In this document: positions 60,640-64,000 of the stretch, piece after piece | Layout of the letters: every line of letters begins with the position of its first letter | Position numbering within the stretch: the stretch's first letter is position 1 | Source of the DNA: a virus | Direction: 5' to 3' (one strand) | IMG/VR virus record: IMGVR_UViG_3300042373_001362 | Location: 84,356 to 148,355 of that record | DNA: 64,000 bases | Position numbers and translations under genes: made by a program | Notes under the pieces: generated by a model | Database searches by the model: none | The model's input: the letters and a program-made list of their open reading frames with translations, nothing else | What the model was told of the DNA's origin: nothing

Positions 60640-61203
60640 ATGACGGTGGTGGAAGACCTTGGTTACGAAGAGCCAGCTACCTGGGATGAAGCAGCGGAAC
60701 TGACAGTTTCTCAGATTTTCAGATTTAATCTGGTGGCCCTTAATCGCCTGGACGATATGCGTGCGCAGCTGGATTATATGATTTCTAAAAATGTAGGAAT
60801 TCTCCCAGTGGCCTGGATGTCTTCAGACGAGATGTCTGATTTTTGGAAAATACTCGGAGCTATTACACGTGCCGCAGCTGCGGAATCAAAAATTGAGTTT
60901 TTCGGAATTAATCCAGAACGTGCTGCGGCGGACGAAAATCTCGAAAAAATGATTAAAGACATTGCCGGGCTGATAATTCGCAAACAAAGAGATTACGGCA
61001 GCGACAATATTCTTCGATTTGGAAGATTAGGTCTCCTGGTCCGGGTTCATGACAAAATCGCGAGATTAGAGAATTTAACAGCTCGCGGCACTGAACCCAG
61101 TAATGAATCAATTTCGGATAATTACATGGATGTAATTGGTTACTGCACGGTAGCCATGATGTTCGAACGCGGTTGGTTTACGCTGCCGCTGCAGGAAAAG
61201 TAA
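60640..61203 (+). CDS. DUF1599 / nucleotide-modification-associated domain protein
   Basis: KQRDYGSDNI..VRVHDKIARLENL..ESISDNYMDVIGY. Confidence 0.75.
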   Translation: MTVVEDLGYEEPATWDEAAELTVSQIFRFNLVALNRLDDMRAQLDYMISKNVGILPVAWMSSDEMSDFWKILGAITRAAAAESKIEFFGINPERAAADENLEKMIKDIAGLIIRKQRDYGSDNILRFGRLGLLVRVHDKIARLENLTARGTEPSNESISDNYMDVIGYCTVAMMFERGWFTLPLQEK

Positions 61204-61714
61204 AAAAGATGGAAAATGCGAAAGCCCCCAGAGGAACGACGAGAGTCCGCCACCTACAAACCCGTTACAGAAAAGCAACTTCGCTCAACTCTGGGGAGCT
61301 TCGCAATGCCGCGCCAGCAACTGAAAGGGAAATTGCTATGCGGCTCATAGACGATAGCACATCCATGGCCTGTGGAAAAGAAACTCAAAGAAATTCTTGT
61401 TTCCAGGTTGACGGTGGTGGATGAGCCTGCTATCGTGTCCCACTACTCGGCCCTAGGGCCACATAAGAGTGACGTCACATCTACAGCCACCTGATTGAAG
61501 TTCGCGGAGAATTCCGAGGGCCTACTTTGAGTTTGCCAAAAACTGGTTTTCAAAAAGTAAAGGTTCCCCCGGACCCCCTCCAAAGTTCATCAACTGACTG
61601 ACTCTTACAACTCAATCTCAGTTACATTGCTAACTAACTATTATCACTACAACTTGAGAATTTAAGTCTCGATGAGACTTGACAAAACCTTCTCACGGGG
61701 ATTAAACTAAGAAA

Positions 61715-62071
61715 ATGACCGAGAAACCGAAACGAATTACTAAAAAAGTTCTCGAAAGAAATTCCGCCGCAGCAAAAATCTCAGAAGACCAAATTCTGGA
61801 AGTTTTTGAATTCTGGAAATTAACGTTTAAAAAGCGCAGCTCTGTAGCTCTGGACCATGGTCGAAGAGTTCTTATCGGCAGCGCTATTTACCACTACGGA
61901 ATAGACGGCGCAAAAGATGCAATTATCGGCTGCACCAGGTCAGATTTCTGGATGGGTCGCAACAAACGCAATAAAGCGTATACGGGCATAGAGCACATCT
62001 TCAAAGACAACGCACGCATCGAGTCGATGCTGGAATTACTACCGGAGGACGGCAATGAAGCAAATTGGTAA
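61715..62071 (+). CDS. Phage replication-initiator C-terminal-like protein
   Basis: EVFEFW..AIIGC..DFWMG.N..Y.GIEHIF; leaderless after TTGACA-N18-TAAACT. Confidence 0.45.
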   Translation: MTEKPKRITKKVLERNSAAAKISEDQILEVFEFWKLTFKKRSSVALDHGRRVLIGSAIYHYGIDGAKDAIIGCTRSDFWMGRNKRNKAYTGIEHIFKDNARIESMLELLPEDGNEANW

Positions 62072-62594
62072 AAAAGCAAAAAAGTCCGCCGCAGCTGCGG
62101 CCGGAAACAAAACGGCAGAAAAGCGATTTTCTCCCCAGGCTTACCCGCTGTACGTGTGGGGACTATGGGCGGAAACAGTTCGTAGTACTAACCCAGCAAC
62201 TGGGTTCAAGCTTCTGGGGTACAAGTACCACACTGACCGGTTAACCATCGTCGGCTGGATGCAGATGAGTGACACCCGTGTCGAGCCCATGGTGTTTACG
62301 TCCGAGTGGGGAGTAGTGCCCATCTACGAGCTGGCGGGCTCCTGGCCTGCAGAGTACGGCCAGCTGCCGGATTATTACGAATTAATCCAGGACCGCGACG
62401 GAGCTCCGATGGTTGTCCCCCACGAAGACTTCGTCCTGGTGGATATAGCAATGTCGCAGCCAGACAGGGAGATGTTCGAGGCAACCAAGCAGCAGCACCT
62501 AACGAACTGCTCTCTATATGCAGGAACAGAAGATGGCGAGCTAAAAGACCTAAGTTCCTCGACGGTGGTGGAAGAGAATAAAGATGGCAAGTGA
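62055..62594 (+). CDS. Hypothetical protein
   Basis: Overlapping operon ORF, followed by 62584..62838. Confidence 0.55.
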   Translation: MKQIGKKAKKSAAAAAGNKTAEKRFSPQAYPLYVWGLWAETVRSTNPATGFKLLGYKYHTDRLTIVGWMQMSDTRVEPMVFTSEWGVVPIYELAGSWPAEYGQLPDYYELIQDRDGAPMVVPHEDFVLVDIAMSQPDREMFEATKQQHLTNCSLYAGTEDGELKDLSSSTVVEENKDGK

Positions 62595-62834
62595 AGACTG
62601 TTACGTAGCTAGAAAAATCGAAAATTCGGATTTCCCAGGGATAGTTCAGATAAATCTAGCCGAAAATCTTGAGGACGTCGCGCTCTTATTGCTTGTGTCA
62701 TTAATGGCCGCGCAAAAATATCCAGATTCAATAAGCGAGGCTGAAGTCCACAGGGAGATTACTGACCTAGCAGATGCTGGTAAGTGGGATGAGCTGGCAT
62801 TCAAAGGCCTAAAGTGGATTCAGGAGATTGGGCA

Positions 62835-63323
62835 ATGAAAAAAATCGAATGTGAGGAATTGGTTCGTATTGCCTACGCAACGTATAACCTCCAGATTCTC
62901 ATCGCCGACGAAAAACATATTTTCCGAGCATGGTACGCGCTACTGGGAGACCTGGAGTATGAAGACGTGCGCGACGCATTTACCGAATTAGCAACTTATG
63001 CGGACTTTATGCCTCGACCAGGGGAGGTCCGCCGAAGGACGATAGACAACCTTAGTGGCGGCTCAAACCATCCAGATGCTGCAACGGCATGGGGGATGCT
63101 CCAATCGATGCGTAAAGCAACTGAGGGAGGACAGTTCTACGAGGGGGAGAGACCAGAAGCTCTCATCGAGACGCTCTCTCTCCTGGGGGCATCAGCCTAC
63201 GACCTCCACACCAACGGAGATAGGGAAACTTTTATACGGGTATATAACAAGACCATAGAAAAGTTTGAAAAAAAGAAGTACAAGAAGACTTCCAACCTGA
63301 CGGTGGTGGATGAAGATGCCTAA
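62835..63323 (+). CDS. Helicase loader/inhibitor (G39P-like)
   Basis: AWYALLGDLEYEDV..F.PRPGEV..AATAWG. Confidence 0.55.
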   Translation: MKKIECEELVRIAYATYNLQILIADEKHIFRAWYALLGDLEYEDVRDAFTELATYADFMPRPGEVRRRTIDNLSGGSNHPDAATAWGMLQSMRKATEGGQFYEGERPEALIETLSLLGASAYDLHTNGDRETFIRVYNKTIEKFEKKKYKKTSNLTVVDEDA

Positions 63324-63475
63324 ACTGGAATACCCAAACAAAAAGAGGGAAACTAAATGAAGTACATTATTGGTTCGGTACTTATTTACCTCACTTTTAA
63401 ATCCCCACGAATCGACCCATTATCGAAGATAACGCTCTACGCCGCGATTGCTGGCGTGGTGTACTATCTTCCCTG

Positions 63476-63643
63476 ATGAAGCGAAACCCTGGACGACCAA
63501 CAGTAAAACCAACTAAGCCTTATACGACGGTAACAATCCGCGTAAGTAAAGAGTTTAAAGAAAAATTAATTCAACAAGCAGAAGCTGTTGATTTAACCCT
63601 GACCGACTATCTCATCGCTCTCGTCGAACGAGATAGTGCGTAA
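63476..63643 (+). CDS. Ribbon-helix-helix protein, not in the ORF track
   Basis: GRP..TVTIRVSKEFKEKLIQQAEAVDLTLTDYL. Confidence 0.6.
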   Translation: MKRNPGRPTVKPTKPYTTVTIRVSKEFKEKLIQQAEAVDLTLTDYLIALVERDSA

Positions 63644-63977
63644 GCCTCAGAAGTCCCGTCACCCCGACAAGTGGTCAGAGATACACGTACGGCTGAAGGG
63701 GTCGCTCAAGAATGAGCTGATTGACTATGCACGCCGCCACGACCTGTCCGTCGGCCAGATAGTAAATTACGCAATATTCCTATTACTCCAGGAGGAGAAG
63801 GGAATCCCTGCCCCCGGTTCTCCCCAGTACTCTCTCCCCACGATGGAGGAGTCTATTGTCGCCTACATGAAGGGCGAGACACTCTTGCAACCCTGTGGGC
63901 AAGTTAGTTGCGATATGAAACTGACCCAGTTAGATGGCCTGAGTTTCTGTGATACCTGCAATCTTCGCATTTTGTAA
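63636..63977 (+). CDS. Ribbon-helix-helix protein with a C-terminal Zn ribbon
   Basis: IHVRLKGSLKNELIDYARRHDLSVGQIV; C..C..CDTC. Confidence 0.55.
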   Translation: MRKPQKSRHPDKWSEIHVRLKGSLKNELIDYARRHDLSVGQIVNYAIFLLLQEEKGIPAPGSPQYSLPTMEESIVAYMKGETLLQPCGQVSCDMKLTQLDGLSFCDTCNLRIL

Positions 63978-64000
63978 TTTGCTTTTGTAATTTTGAAAAT

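Larger units (their letters stand above)
47444..63313 (+). repeat. Strand-polarised 15-mer GACGGTGGTGGAWGA, 9 copies
   Basis: 47444, 51210, 53832, 55945, 59650, 60642, 61410, 62561, 63299. Confidence 0.88.

Overview
A 64-kb segment of a large tailed-phage genome, most likely infecting Actinobacteria (two WhiB genes, an Rpf-type transglycosylase, an MSMEG_6728-family protein, pervasive leaderless promoters). 1-17 kb: HK97-fold major capsid, thermonuclease, class II RNR, primase-helicase, Endo VII-like nuclease, LexA-like repressor, 2 tRNA-Ile. 17.2-18.4 kb: a non-coding CA-alternating low-complexity tract. 18.4-30 kb: SSB, secreted Rpf/SLT protein, ThyX, 3 tRNAs, phosphoesterase, SGNH hydrolase, DUF932, SNF2 helicase with two HARP-like repeats. 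30-57 kb: an array of small expression units. Each is built from a hairpin with a variable stem and a fixed CCCCG/CGGGG loop, a near-identical promoter (TTGTCG-N18-TANNNT; about 50 copies counted by eye), an often leaderless ATG, a frame-independent ACAGCGA motif and often a terminator. The array also holds four parS sites, a ParA-like gene, and two homologous covarying ~200-nt non-coding RNAs with a 6S-like rod shape. A second, strand-polarised 15-mer (GACGGTGGTGGAWGA, 9 copies) spans 47-63 kb. 57-64 kb: AAA+/vWA pair and replication-associated genes. All family calls come from motif recognition by eye; no searches were run.
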